The notes below the pieces were generated by a model. It saw only the letters and a list, made by a program, of their open reading frames with translations, made no database searches and was not told where the DNA came from. DNA of 64,000 nucleotides from IMG/VR virus record IMGVR_UViG_3300027823_000001, positions 1 to 64,000 of that record; one strand, 5' to 3'. The position numbers and the translations under genes are program-made. The DNA comes from a virus. Position 1 is the first letter of the stretch, and every line of letters begins with the position of its first letter. Below are positions 54,518 to 64,000 of this stretch, piece by piece.

Positions 54518-57274
54518 ATGCCTGAACGCGCGAACCCGTCTCTGCAACTCCCTGGCTACAGTGCTGGGGGCGACATCCCTGGCCAGGCGAAGCACGCAGC
54601 TACGCGAGCCGCACAGGGACGCGGCGAGATGGGCGCCGAGCAAGCCGAGGCGAACCGTCTCTTTCGCACGCACGAAGCAGACGAGTACACCGCGCCGCTC
54701 GCGCGCCGAGCACGCACCCCGGAAGATGTGACCGCAGGGCTTGGACTCGATCTAGTGACCGAGCGACGCGTTCAGCAGATCGTGACCGAGCAGCGCGCCG
54801 ACTTCAGCAAGAAGGGCGCGACTCAGCGATCGTTCCTCGCAGCGAATGGGCTGGTCGAGACGCTACGCCGCATTGACGTGCCTGCTGATACGCGGATGGA
54901 GATCACCAAGCGAGCGCGCGCGTTCTGGCAGAACACGCAGCCCACGGACTACTCGAAGGAGCCGACAGTGCGCGCACGACAAGGGACGCAGATGCGAAGT
55001 AACGCGAAGGTACACAAGAGCGGTGTGCGCTACGTGCGCCCGTTGTCGAAGGCCCTGCCCAACAAGAAGCCCGCCTTCGCGCCACCCGCCCCCGTGCCAG
55101 GCGGCGGTGCTGCGAAGCCTCCGCCGTTGCCCTCACCCGCTCCTGCGATGGCCGCACCCGCCTCCGCTGCGAACGTGCGACAGCCTCCCTCTGGCTATGC
55201 GCCGATCCCGAACAGCAAGATCGGCGGCTACAGGATGAAGGCCGCGAAGGGCTGGACGTACTGGTACCCAGGGGCAGGCCTCACGAGCACGCCGCATCCG
55301 GCCGACGCCGGCAAGGCTCGCGCACAGCGTGCCGCAGGTGAGTCAGCTGCCCCTGTGAAGGCAGGCAAGGGCGCCAAGCCGCCGAAGCCAGCCGCTGGGC
55401 CTCCTGGCGCGCCCGCTGCACCTACGCAGGCTGGTGCCGGGCCTCCGGCCCCCGCAGGACCTCCCGCAGCTCCTGGGGGCGCCCCGAAGCCTCCTGCTGC
55501 ACCGCCACACCCCGCAGGCGCCGCACCTCCGCAGGCTGGTGCAGCTCCTCCGCAGGCTGGTGCAGCTCCTGGACCTTCGGGCGGAGCGCCGCAGGCAGCA
55601 GGGGCGCCGCAGGCAACAGGTCCGTCGAAGGCGAACGCGCAAGCGCAGGTCACCAAGGATCACACGGGCGAGAAGCGGCAGTTCCATCCGGAGGTGCAGG
55701 CGCACACGCCTGCTGGCAAAGAGAACGATCAACAGCATCACGCTGACGAGTTCCAGCGCCATCGCGCCGAGAGGGCGGCGGCGATGCGCGGCGGCGATCA
55801 AGAGAAGGCGAAGGCGCACACGTTTGCGATGAACTTCCACGCGGACAAGCACAACCGCTTGCGAGCTGCATCGCAAGGCAAAGACTACAAGCCGAAGGGC
55901 ACCTACCCAGGGGCGGACGCTGGCGAGGACGGCATGGGTGGTGGTGCCGATACCGTCGCTGCGTCGTACGACCGCGCAGGCAAGCCGGGCAAGGACGGCA
56001 AGTCGAGCAGCGCAGCCGATCCTCGTGAGCGCTTCGTGCCCGAGAGCAAGAGCGTCAGTCAGATGCGCGAGACGTTGGGCAAGGCAGTCAACATCATGGC
56101 GGACCTCTCGCAGGCACACGATCACCTGTCGGCACTCAAGGCGAAGCGCTTGGAGGCGAAGCGCAGCGGGCATCCGCTCGCGCGACGCATGATCTCGCAG
56201 ATCGATGCAGAGGTGGCTGCGACCAAACACGACATCGTGCAGCTAGAAGACGCACACGGGCACGCCATGAAGGAAGTGCTCGCGCATCAGTCGCTGCTGC
56301 GCAACGAGCGCATCCGTGCAAACCCGATCTTCCGGGCGTTCATGAATGCGATGCAGTCGCTCTCAGGACTCTCGGACAAGATCGGCGCGAAGCTCGGCGA
56401 GAAGGCAGGGCAAGCGCTGGAAGGCGCAAAGGGTGCCGTCGAAGACTTCAAGAACCGAGGCGCCAAGGCAGAGCAAGACGCAGCGCGCGGTCAGCTCGAT
56501 TCGTCGCTCGCGGCTGCCGGCGAAGGGGACGATCCCGAGAACGGTGAGGTGAAGCCGCTCGGCGTGACCAAGGACGACATCGCGGCGCAGTACGGCGACC
56601 CCGAAGCAGAAGAGCAAGGGCAGGCACGCACCGCGGAAGCGATGGACGTGCTGAAGAAGCTCGGACAGGCGCAGGGCGATGAGCCGCAAGATGCAAGCGC
56701 AGATGACGTGGAATCGATACCCGACGACGAAGCTGCCGCGGCTGGTGGAGACGACGCAGGCGGCGAGAGCGAAGCCGACGGTGCGATCAAAGACATCTTC
56801 GGCATGCGGGACCAGCGCGAGCAGCAAGGCGCCGCGAACAAGCAGCGCGCCGAGGAGAGTGCGGGCTTCGATCGCGAACTCGCATCGGCGCGCAACAAGC
56901 GTGACGCGATCGAGCAGAAGGCCGCGGCGCAGGCTGACCATTTCGAGCAGCGCAACAAGGGTCGCAGCGAGAAGAGCGTGATGCGTGAGTCGCTCGGCGG
57001 CGGCGACGAAGACACGCAGGTCGCATCGGGCGTGCGCAAGAAGCAGGCGCCTTCAACGCGAGAGCAGAGCACCGTCTCCGTCACAGGTGCGAAGCGCAAG
57101 CAAGCCGTCGCCGTCGAGAAGAGCATGCGACTCGTGAAGAGCGCGCAGTGGCAAGCGGTGATGCGTCTCGCGCCCAAGCTTGATAACACGCTGCGCAAGA
57201 GCACGCGCTACGTCGCACCGCTCGCCCACGTCGCGCGTGCACCCATGACGTTCCTCGATCTCTACGGAGGCTGA
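54518..57274 (+). CDS. Large low-complexity head-associated protein
   Basis: 918 aa, Pro/Ala-rich and coiled-coil segments; between terL and portal. Confidence 0.75.
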   Translation: MPERANPSLQLPGYSAGGDIPGQAKHAATRAAQGRGEMGAEQAEANRLFRTHEADEYTAPLARRARTPEDVTAGLGLDLVTERRVQQIVTEQRADFSKKGATQRSFLAANGLVETLRRIDVPADTRMEITKRARAFWQNTQPTDYSKEPTVRARQGTQMRSNAKVHKSGVRYVRPLSKALPNKKPAFAPPAPVPGGGAAKPPPLPSPAPAMAAPASAANVRQPPSGYAPIPNSKIGGYRMKAAKGWTYWYPGAGLTSTPHPADAGKARAQRAAGESAAPVKAGKGAKPPKPAAGPPGAPAAPTQAGAGPPAPAGPPAAPGGAPKPPAAPPHPAGAAPPQAGAAPPQAGAAPGPSGGAPQAAGAPQATGPSKANAQAQVTKDHTGEKRQFHPEVQAHTPAGKENDQQHHADEFQRHRAERAAAMRGGDQEKAKAHTFAMNFHADKHNRLRAASQGKDYKPKGTYPGADAGEDGMGGGADTVAASYDRAGKPGKDGKSSSAADPRERFVPESKSVSQMRETLGKAVNIMADLSQAHDHLSALKAKRLEAKRSGHPLARRMISQIDAEVAATKHDIVQLEDAHGHAMKEVLAHQSLLRNERIRANPIFRAFMNAMQSLSGLSDKIGAKLGEKAGQALEGAKGAVEDFKNRGAKAEQDAARGQLDSSLAAAGEGDDPENGEVKPLGVTKDDIAAQYGDPEAEEQGQARTAEAMDVLKKLGQAQGDEPQDASADDVESIPDDEAAAAGGDDAGGESEADGAIKDIFGMRDQREQQGAANKQRAEESAGFDRELASARNKRDAIEQKAAAQADHFEQRNKGRSEKSVMRESLGGGDEDTQVASGVRKKQAPSTREQSTVSVTGAKRKQAVAVEKSMRLVKSAQWQAVMRLAPKLDNTLRKSTRYVAPLAHVARAPMTFLDLYGG

Positions 57275-57279
57275 TCGCG

Positions 57280-57714
57280 ATGGCTCGCAAGCACACGCTC
57301 AAGCTCGCAGCTCACGTCGAGATCGAACGTGGGCTTCGCAGCATCTACGGCAAGAGCAAAGCCTTCGGCGGCAGCGGTGCAGGTGCTACTCCGGCACCCT
57401 ACGATCCGATCCCCGACTACCAGGACATCTGGTATCAGCCCGACGGCGATCCTCGCAAAGAAGATGAGACAGCGGCGCGCCTGAATCGGCGCAAGGCAGT
57501 GAGCGTCGCGAACAAGGGCAAGTACGGCTTCCATGGCACTGCCGACGCGAACGACACTCCCATCCTCCGCTACGATGCAGAGGACTATCCGCAGAACGAG
57601 ATCCAGCGCGCGCCGAGCCCCAACCGACGGCGTGAAGTCATCGTGACGCCGAACAAGTACCCTCAGACGCTCAAGACAGGCCCGATCAAGCACTCGATCC
57701 CCAAGGGGAAGTGA
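57280..57714 (+). CDS. Hypothetical head-cluster protein
   Basis: GGAGG RBS. Confidence 0.7.
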   Translation: MARKHTLKLAAHVEIERGLRSIYGKSKAFGGSGAGATPAPYDPIPDYQDIWYQPDGDPRKEDETAARLNRRKAVSVANKGKYGFHGTADANDTPILRYDAEDYPQNEIQRAPSPNRRREVIVTPNKYPQTLKTGPIKHSIPKGK

Positions 57715-57740
57715 CATGCCCGTGGTAGGATGGTGACCGC

Positions 57741-59828
57741 ATGGATCTCAACGACATCCCGACGCTCGAACTCGACGTAGAAGAGCCCCTCGACAAGGGC
57801 GATGCGCGTGGTGGGAAATACTACCGTCGCATCCCCAAGGCAGGGGGAGGCTACCGCTACTTCTACACGAAGGCAGCGTACGAGAAAGAGCACGGGCCCA
57901 GCGCACATCTGCATGGGCCCGAGGTGCAACAGCACCGCTTCGATGCTCACGTCGCCACGCCGCACTGGCCCGAGGGCGGAACAAGTCAGCTCGACGGCGC
58001 TCGGTTCCTCTCCGAGGCCACGCACGCGATGAAAATCAAGGACTACAAGAAGACGAACGAACTCGCCGCGCGCGTGACGCAGCTGCTCGCGCACGGGGCG
58101 CCTGATGGTGTGGTGGACGACGAGAAGTCGTTGCGCAGTGCGTGGCGCAAGCTCAATCCCGGTAGCACGAAGGACGATCTGAACGAGGCCATCGATCTCG
58201 CCCGCGGCATCCACAAGGGGCAGCGCTTCGTCGTCAGCTCCGATCTGTTCTTCAAGGCCGCAGGTCACAAGTACATCTCGCGCAAGCCGGACGGCAAGGG
58301 CGGCTGGGTCTACAGCTACGCGGACGATGGCGAGCAGATCAAGATCGCAAGCAAGAGGGCGCCATTCGACATCAAGACCCGCGACGGCACCGAGAGCCGC
58401 GAGGGCGTGCACGCTGGCGACTACGCACTGCATCGCGAGAAGGGCTACGGTGGGATGCGGTATCACGTGACTCACAAGCCTTCTGGGATGTCCGTGGACA
58501 GCTCGTTCCATCGCGGTGAGGGTGAAGCCCTACTGCACCATTTCGCGGACCACGGTGGGGGGATCGGCGCAGACATCTCGAACGAAGACCAGCGCAAGAT
58601 CACTGCGGCGAAGGTCAGCTTCAAGCACGACTTCGACCACAGGGATGCAAGCAAGCATCGGCGCGCGCCCAAGCTGGAAGCGGGCGAGGCTGTGAAGTCG
58701 ATGAGAGGAGAGCGCATGACGAACCTGTCGAAGGGCGCAGGCCACAAGTACACGTCGAAGAAGGCCGATGGACGCGGAGGCTACACGTACATCTACGCGC
58801 ACCCCGAGAGCGGTGAGCAAGTACGGGTGAACACCCACGACGCGCGCGTCAGCAACGACGGGCCTACCACCTTCGCGCATCACCACGTCGATCAGAAGAT
58901 CGGGACTGCCGGCGCGCAGATCACCGGGTCAGAGGCGGAGCCTCGACTCCGCGTGGGAGGTGCCGCCGGCACGAGCGATCCACACATTCACTCGATGCTC
59001 ATCGACGCTGCGAAGGACCATCACAAGAGGGCCCTCGCGCAGAGCGCGAAGCGAGCAGCCAAGCAGGGCATGTTCACAACGAAGAAGTCGATGCAACACG
59101 AAGGAGAGACTGAGATGATGGAGAGCACCCCCCACCTGCGAGCGCAGGTGAAGATGGTCATCGAGCAGATGGATCCGCTGGCGAAGGGCATCTACGCCTT
59201 CGAGGGCGGCATGAACCAAGCGCCCAAGATCCCCGACGAGTATCTGCTCGCCTACCTCGATGCGTTCATCGAGGAGGCGTTTGAGCACGAGCGCCGCGAG
59301 AAGGGTCACGACGAGAACGCTGTAGTGGTCGGCATCTCGCAGCCTGAGGTCGGCAGTGCAAACGGTGGCATCGGCGGAGACTCCGCCGACTACTGGGCGC
59401 AGTGGGTGTTAAACGAACTCATCACGTACTGCGGCAAGAACGCGAACCTCATGCGCGCCGTCGAGAAGGCGCACGCGAACAAGGACTTCGTGGCGTCACG
59501 GCTGCGCGCGATGGGCCTCGTGAAGCCGTCGATGAACGGTGGCGAGGTCAACGGCGACTTCATGGAGGGCTACCAGTACAGCGAGCAGCAGACCGCCGCG
59601 GGGATCGGCAAGTCGGTCGGCTACGATCGCGGTGCGTTCTCGACCAGCGATGAGTTGCACAAGGCGCTCGAACGCACGCAGAGCATCCGCGCCGAGGAAG
59701 AGGCGACGGTCAAGCTGGAAGACGACGGGATCAACCCGATCGAGATGCTAGCCAACGTCCACCGCGCGCGCTTCAACCTCATGGAGGATGTCTTCGGGAT
59801 CGATCTCGGCATGAAGGCGAAGCGCTGA
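57741..59828 (+). CDS. Modular head-associated protein with three G-[GH]-K-Y...GG-[YW]-x-Y-x-Y repeats
   Basis: 695 aa; repeats read from the translation. Confidence 0.75.
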   Translation: MDLNDIPTLELDVEEPLDKGDARGGKYYRRIPKAGGGYRYFYTKAAYEKEHGPSAHLHGPEVQQHRFDAHVATPHWPEGGTSQLDGARFLSEATHAMKIKDYKKTNELAARVTQLLAHGAPDGVVDDEKSLRSAWRKLNPGSTKDDLNEAIDLARGIHKGQRFVVSSDLFFKAAGHKYISRKPDGKGGWVYSYADDGEQIKIASKRAPFDIKTRDGTESREGVHAGDYALHREKGYGGMRYHVTHKPSGMSVDSSFHRGEGEALLHHFADHGGGIGADISNEDQRKITAAKVSFKHDFDHRDASKHRRAPKLEAGEAVKSMRGERMTNLSKGAGHKYTSKKADGRGGYTYIYAHPESGEQVRVNTHDARVSNDGPTTFAHHHVDQKIGTAGAQITGSEAEPRLRVGGAAGTSDPHIHSMLIDAAKDHHKRALAQSAKRAAKQGMFTTKKSMQHEGETEMMESTPHLRAQVKMVIEQMDPLAKGIYAFEGGMNQAPKIPDEYLLAYLDAFIEEAFEHERREKGHDENAVVVGISQPEVGSANGGIGGDSADYWAQWVLNELITYCGKNANLMRAVEKAHANKDFVASRLRAMGLVKPSMNGGEVNGDFMEGYQYSEQQTAAGIGKSVGYDRGAFSTSDELHKALERTQSIRAEEEATVKLEDDGINPIEMLANVHRARFNLMEDVFGIDLGMKAKR

Positions 59829-59854
59829 AGCGCGAGAGGCTGTAGGCTCCGCAC

Positions 59855-61642
59855 ATGGGATTCTTCGACGACATCCGTTCCGGCATCGGTGGCGCCTTCC
59901 GCAACCTCGGCGACTCGCTGGGAGGCGGAGGCTCTGACGTGTCTGCCGAGGACATGCAGAAGGCCATGGCAGGCGCAGGGCTCGCCGCAGACGGATCTGG
60001 CGGCATGCCCGAGCCGACTGACGAGAAGCCACGCGCTCTCTTCCACGACCCTTACAGCGTCGTCGACTGGGGCGGATGGCGCGAGCGTCCATCGTCTCTG
60101 ACGTACGAGACGCTGCGTCAGATGACGCTGAAGAACACCGTGATCGCTGCGCTGATCACGCTGCGCTGCAATCAGGTCGCGCAGTTCGCACGCCCGCAGC
60201 AAGGGAAGTACGATCGCGGCTATCGCGTGATCAAGCGAGACAGGCGCGACCGCTGGAAGAGCATGACGCCCGTCGAGCAGAAGCGGGCGAACGCGATCGA
60301 GCGGATGATCGAGACCACTGGCATTCTCGGCGACGACGAGCGCGCAGCGGACCGCGACAGCTTCGCGCTTTTCTGCAAGAAGGCCGTGCGCGACATCCTC
60401 ACTTACGACCAGTGGTGCTTCGAGAAGCAGCGCGACCGTCGTGGGATGGTCTCACGCTTCATCGCACTGCCGAGTGAGACGCTGCGCCCCGCAGTGGCGG
60501 ATACCGAGCACCTCAGCGCGGAAGACCTGCACTCACGCGTGGCCTACGTGCAGGTCTACGAAGACTCTGTGATCGCCGAGTTCTCTCCCGAGGATCTTGC
60601 GTGGTGCATCATGAACCCGCGCAGCGATCTGCGCGTGAACGGCTTCGGCTTCTCGCCTGTCGAACAGCTAATGCATCTGGTGACCGCGTGGTTGTTCGGG
60701 TTCGAATACAACCAGCGCTTCTTCTCGCAGGGCTCGGCGATCAAAGGCATCCTGAACATCAAGGGCGCCATTCCCGATCGGCAGCTCCGCGCGTTCCGAC
60801 GCATGTGGTACTCCCAGGTGACCGGCGTCACGAACGCGTGGCGCACTCCCATCTTGAACTCCGAAGACATCCAGTGGCAGTCGCTGCATTCGACGAACCG
60901 TGAGATGGAGTTCAGCTCGTGGATGGACTGGCTGACCAAGCTCACATGCGCGGTGTACGGAGCCGATCCCGTCGAGATCAACTTCCAGTTCGGCAACACG
61001 GGGCAGTCGCATTCCATGAACGAGGGTAAGCAGGAATCGAAGCTCACCGAGTCGAAGGACAAGGGACTGCGCCCGCTGATGGACCACATCACGGAGAACC
61101 TGAATCGTCATCTCGTGTGGGAGATCGAGGAAGACTTCGAGTTCGCGTACGTGGGCCTCGACTCCGGCGATGAGGAGAAGGAGCGTGAAGCGCGTATCAA
61201 GGAAGTGGGCGCCTACCGCATGGTCGATGAGGTGCGCGCGGATGACGAGCTACCTCCGCTCGCGGACGGCATGGGCCAGTGCGTGAACAATCCGACGTGG
61301 CTCCAGTTCTCGCAGGCGAAGCAGCAAGAGAAGCAGGCGGCTGATCAGCAGGCCGCTGCCGCCGCAGGTATGGATCCTGGGGCAGCCGCGCCACCTGGAG
61401 GGTCTGCCGGCGGACCGGACGGGTTCGAGGGCACAGACGACGACGATGGCGCGCCAGAGCCGCCTGATGAGGAAGAGCTGCAAGCGGGTGACGTGGACGA
61501 CGAGATGCCCCCTGAGGCACAGCTCGAACGTGCCATGCGCAACGTGCGCGATGTGGATCGCCTGCTGAAGAGCGTGTCTCGCCGCAAGTCGCGAGGTAGG
61601 ATGCTGATCGAAGTCGATCTGGACGAAGGAGACCTGCGATGA
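59855..61642 (+). CDS. Portal protein
   Basis: LRQM....VI.A.I..R..QV, NPRSD....G.G.SP.E, N.RFFSQG...KGIL, DP.EI.F, SKDKGL.PL. Confidence 0.92.
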   Translation: MGFFDDIRSGIGGAFRNLGDSLGGGGSDVSAEDMQKAMAGAGLAADGSGGMPEPTDEKPRALFHDPYSVVDWGGWRERPSSLTYETLRQMTLKNTVIAALITLRCNQVAQFARPQQGKYDRGYRVIKRDRRDRWKSMTPVEQKRANAIERMIETTGILGDDERAADRDSFALFCKKAVRDILTYDQWCFEKQRDRRGMVSRFIALPSETLRPAVADTEHLSAEDLHSRVAYVQVYEDSVIAEFSPEDLAWCIMNPRSDLRVNGFGFSPVEQLMHLVTAWLFGFEYNQRFFSQGSAIKGILNIKGAIPDRQLRAFRRMWYSQVTGVTNAWRTPILNSEDIQWQSLHSTNREMEFSSWMDWLTKLTCAVYGADPVEINFQFGNTGQSHSMNEGKQESKLTESKDKGLRPLMDHITENLNRHLVWEIEEDFEFAYVGLDSGDEEKEREARIKEVGAYRMVDEVRADDELPPLADGMGQCVNNPTWLQFSQAKQQEKQAADQQAAAAAGMDPGAAAPPGGSAGGPDGFEGTDDDDGAPEPPDEEELQAGDVDDEMPPEAQLERAMRNVRDVDRLLKSVSRRKSRGRMLIEVDLDEGDLR

Positions 61643-62052
61643 GCTTGCGTACGAAGGTAGACATTCAGGTCGCCGTCGGGTTCGACAACGACCTGGACGA
61701 CACGGGGTTCGAGCGCGCACTCACCGAACTGCTCGACACCACCGAGCGCTTGGTGACGCAGACGATCTCGCTGGCCGCAGCCGAGACCGACTACGAGGTC
61801 AGCTTCGCCGACGTGGCCGAAGCGCGACTGATCTACATCGAGGCCGACGGTGCGTTGACGTACCGCATCGGCTTCAACGGATCGGAGCGCGCACTGGTGC
61901 CGATGGCCCCTACCGCGAGTACGCAGCTCTCGACGCTCAAGGCGTACTCGCTTGCGACCGAGGTCGCCGCGCCGCCCCTCTACCTCACCAACCCGAGCAG
62001 TACCGACGCCCGCAAGGTGAAGGTATGTATCGTCGGCGACCTCACGACGTGA
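61639..62052 (+). CDS. Putative virion protein
   Basis: AAGGAG RBS; follows portal. Confidence 0.65.
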   Translation: MSLRTKVDIQVAVGFDNDLDDTGFERALTELLDTTERLVTQTISLAAAETDYEVSFADVAEARLIYIEADGALTYRIGFNGSERALVPMAPTASTQLSTLKAYSLATEVAAPPLYLTNPSSTDARKVKVCIVGDLTT

Positions 62053-62055
62053 TCG

Positions 62056-63870
62056 GTGAACGAACCCAACGAGCACAAGCCTGGATGTGAGCCAGGGTGC
62101 GAGCACGATCACTCAGCGGGTCGTGCGCGGGTACGCATCGACGCGCCTGAAGGCACTGACCCGCTGTTGCTCGCGCAGGTCGTGCTTGGTCGGCAGTGGT
62201 TGGTGAAGGCGGAGCGCCGAGAGAGCGACAACCCGTTCGAGGTGCACAAGCCGCTTGGTGAGATGTACGATCTCGCCGTTGGTGAGTACCGCGCGCAGTA
62301 CACGCGCATGCTCGCGCGCATCGATCGTTACGTCGCGCGGCACACGACGTTGACCAAGGCGACGCGCCAGCGCGCGCTGTTCACGGTGACACAGCTTCAG
62401 GAGCTGGCGCAGATCATCCGCGACCACCACACGGCGATCGCAATCGGCTTCTTCGGTGAGACGAGCGTGCCTCCCGCTGAAGTGCAGCGACTCGTTGCGA
62501 TGAACATTCTCCCCAAGGCTGCGCTTGGGATCATCGACGACGCGTTCGCGTACGGGCAGCTGCTCGCAGCTATCAACGCGCAAGTGGAGCGCGGCGTCAC
62601 GCGCATCCCCGAGATGACTCTGACCAACATCAAGAAACGCTTGAAGTCACGCCCGCTGCCACTCACCACAGGTGAGGAGATGGCGCGTGAGTGGGCACGT
62701 CAGAGCGCAGCCACGCACGTTCGCGGGCTCGGCAACCGCGTCGCTCACGACTTCGAGACAACGGCGATCGAAGCAGACCGCGCGTTGCAGCAACGGATGC
62801 AGAACGCAATACGAGAGACGCTCGACGCGAACATCGAGCGCGCCGAGACGTGGCGCAAGCTCAAGAGCGACCTCGGACACAAGACCGACGACTGGGCTCG
62901 CGACTTCGGGCGGATCGCCGCGACTGAGAAGACGCGAGCGATGCAGGAGGGGCAGGTGCAAGCGCTGGTCAAGCGCGAAGGCGACCCGAAGCACGTGCTC
63001 GTCGCGAAGATCCCGACGCCCGCTGCGTGTGACCACTGCGTGCGCCTGCATCTCACATCAGGCGTAGGCTCACGCCCCCGCGTCTTCCGGCTCGCTGACT
63101 TGCAGTCGAACGGCTCGAACGTAGGGCGCAAAGCGCGTGAGTGGAAAGCCGTTGTCGGGCCCACGCATCCGTGGTGCGAGTGCGCGTTGGTGCATGTACC
63201 GGAGGGCTGGGGCTTCGACTCGACAGGCAACCTCGTACCCAAGCGCGCGCGCAAGTCGTGGACGCTGGACCACGATCTGAGCAAGGCGCTCTCCTACGGT
63301 GACTCGGTGCCCGAAGCGCTCACGGTGCGCGTCGGCGATCCTGAACGCCTCGCGGTGATCGATGATGTGATCGCGCGGACACCGAAGACACTGTTCACGC
63401 GCAAGACGGGCGTCACGCTCATCACCACCGATCACCCGACGCAGAACTCACACCTCGACGATCACGACTTCGCGTACTGGACAGGTAACGAGATCCGCTT
63501 GATGCAAAACCTCCCGCTGGAGAAGCTGAGGGCAGTGCTCGAACACGAGATCGGGCACACGCCGAACGTCTATCTGTTCCACAGGTTCGGCAGCATCGCG
63601 AAGGTGCGCGCGTGGCACGAGCATCTCTTCAAGATCGGCAACGAAGAGGGTCACGTCAGCGACTATGCATCGAAGCTCGCGATCGAGTGCGCTGCTGAGG
63701 TCACGAGGATGTACCTCTACGACCGCGCAAACCTCATGTTGAACTTCCCGCGGCAGTTCACGTGGGTCCATCGCTACTACAAGCCGCTCATCCGACGCGT
63801 CTCGCAGCGCACGATGCCGAACCCCGCAGCGACGCAGCTACTACCCAAGCAAGCGAGGCTCGACCAATGA
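62056..63870 (+). CDS. MuF-like head morphogenesis protein with C-terminal zincin peptidase
   Basis: RDFGRIAATE, ACDHC, HPWCEC (MuF); HEIGH...VSDYA....E..AE. Confidence 0.8.
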   Translation: MNEPNEHKPGCEPGCEHDHSAGRARVRIDAPEGTDPLLLAQVVLGRQWLVKAERRESDNPFEVHKPLGEMYDLAVGEYRAQYTRMLARIDRYVARHTTLTKATRQRALFTVTQLQELAQIIRDHHTAIAIGFFGETSVPPAEVQRLVAMNILPKAALGIIDDAFAYGQLLAAINAQVERGVTRIPEMTLTNIKKRLKSRPLPLTTGEEMAREWARQSAATHVRGLGNRVAHDFETTAIEADRALQQRMQNAIRETLDANIERAETWRKLKSDLGHKTDDWARDFGRIAATEKTRAMQEGQVQALVKREGDPKHVLVAKIPTPAACDHCVRLHLTSGVGSRPRVFRLADLQSNGSNVGRKAREWKAVVGPTHPWCECALVHVPEGWGFDSTGNLVPKRARKSWTLDHDLSKALSYGDSVPEALTVRVGDPERLAVIDDVIARTPKTLFTRKTGVTLITTDHPTQNSHLDDHDFAYWTGNEIRLMQNLPLEKLRAVLEHEIGHTPNVYLFHRFGSIAKVRAWHEHLFKIGNEEGHVSDYASKLAIECAAEVTRMYLYDRANLMLNFPRQFTWVHRYYKPLIRRVSQRTMPNPAATQLLPKQARLDQ

Positions 63871-64000
63871 GGTACATCATTCCTGAGCTGGCCAAAGCAG
63901 CTCGCAAGCTGCACGGGCGCTGCGAAGTGCACGGCATGCAGATCAGCATCGAGAACGCGAAGGGCTCGACGCGACACTGGTACGACGAGCACGACAACGA
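63867..64000 (+). CDS. Partial protein with inorganic-pyrophosphatase-like domain start
   Basis: MRYIIPELAKAARKLHGR..VHGMQISIENAKGSTRHW; runs off the window. Confidence 0.55.
   Translation, partial: MRYIIPELAKAARKLHGRCEVHGMQISIENAKGSTRHWYDEHDN

Noticed and set aside
52120-59855. Late promoter consensus (TAnnnT shortly before starts at 54518, 57741, 59855)
   Set aside because: Too short and variable to distinguish from chance by eye.
1-64000. Many long minus-strand and alternate-frame ORFs in the track (e.g. 28890-30215, 20992-22197, 25678-26655)
   Set aside because: They are shadows of + strand genes in high-GC DNA, with Arg/Ala-rich nonsense composition and no motifs; the + strand tiling is already complete.

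Overview
A 64-kb segment of a large, high-GC, tailed dsDNA bacteriophage genome. The host is probably a myxobacterium, inferred from Cys-rich and DAG-repeat lipoproteins. All credible genes are on the + strand. Order: beta-helix tail spike and lysis-like membrane genes (1-4.4 kb); palindromic ori-like region, HTH initiator-like gene, SF2 helicase, DnaB and primase (4.4-10.6 kb); an array of small domain-shuffled genes joined by a repeated GGTGGCGTCATGA junction (10.7-15.4 kb); MoxR AAA+/VWA pair; sigma-70-like domain fused to a histone-H1-like protein; family A DNA polymerase, SSB, RecA, single-chain SbcD-SbcC (Mre11-Rad50) and RuvC; DNA methyltransferase and nucleotide metabolism (dcd, thyX); accessory genes; terminase, long head-associated proteins, portal and a MuF-peptidase (52-64 kb). 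Non-coding highlights are a 15-copy RCATCGKGTAK promoter-like motif, shared boundary sequences linking the 11-14 kb array to a displaced cassette at 44 kb, and a decayed tRNA-like element. No integrase, CRISPR array, rRNA or intact tRNA was seen. All functional calls come from motifs read by eye; no database search was run.
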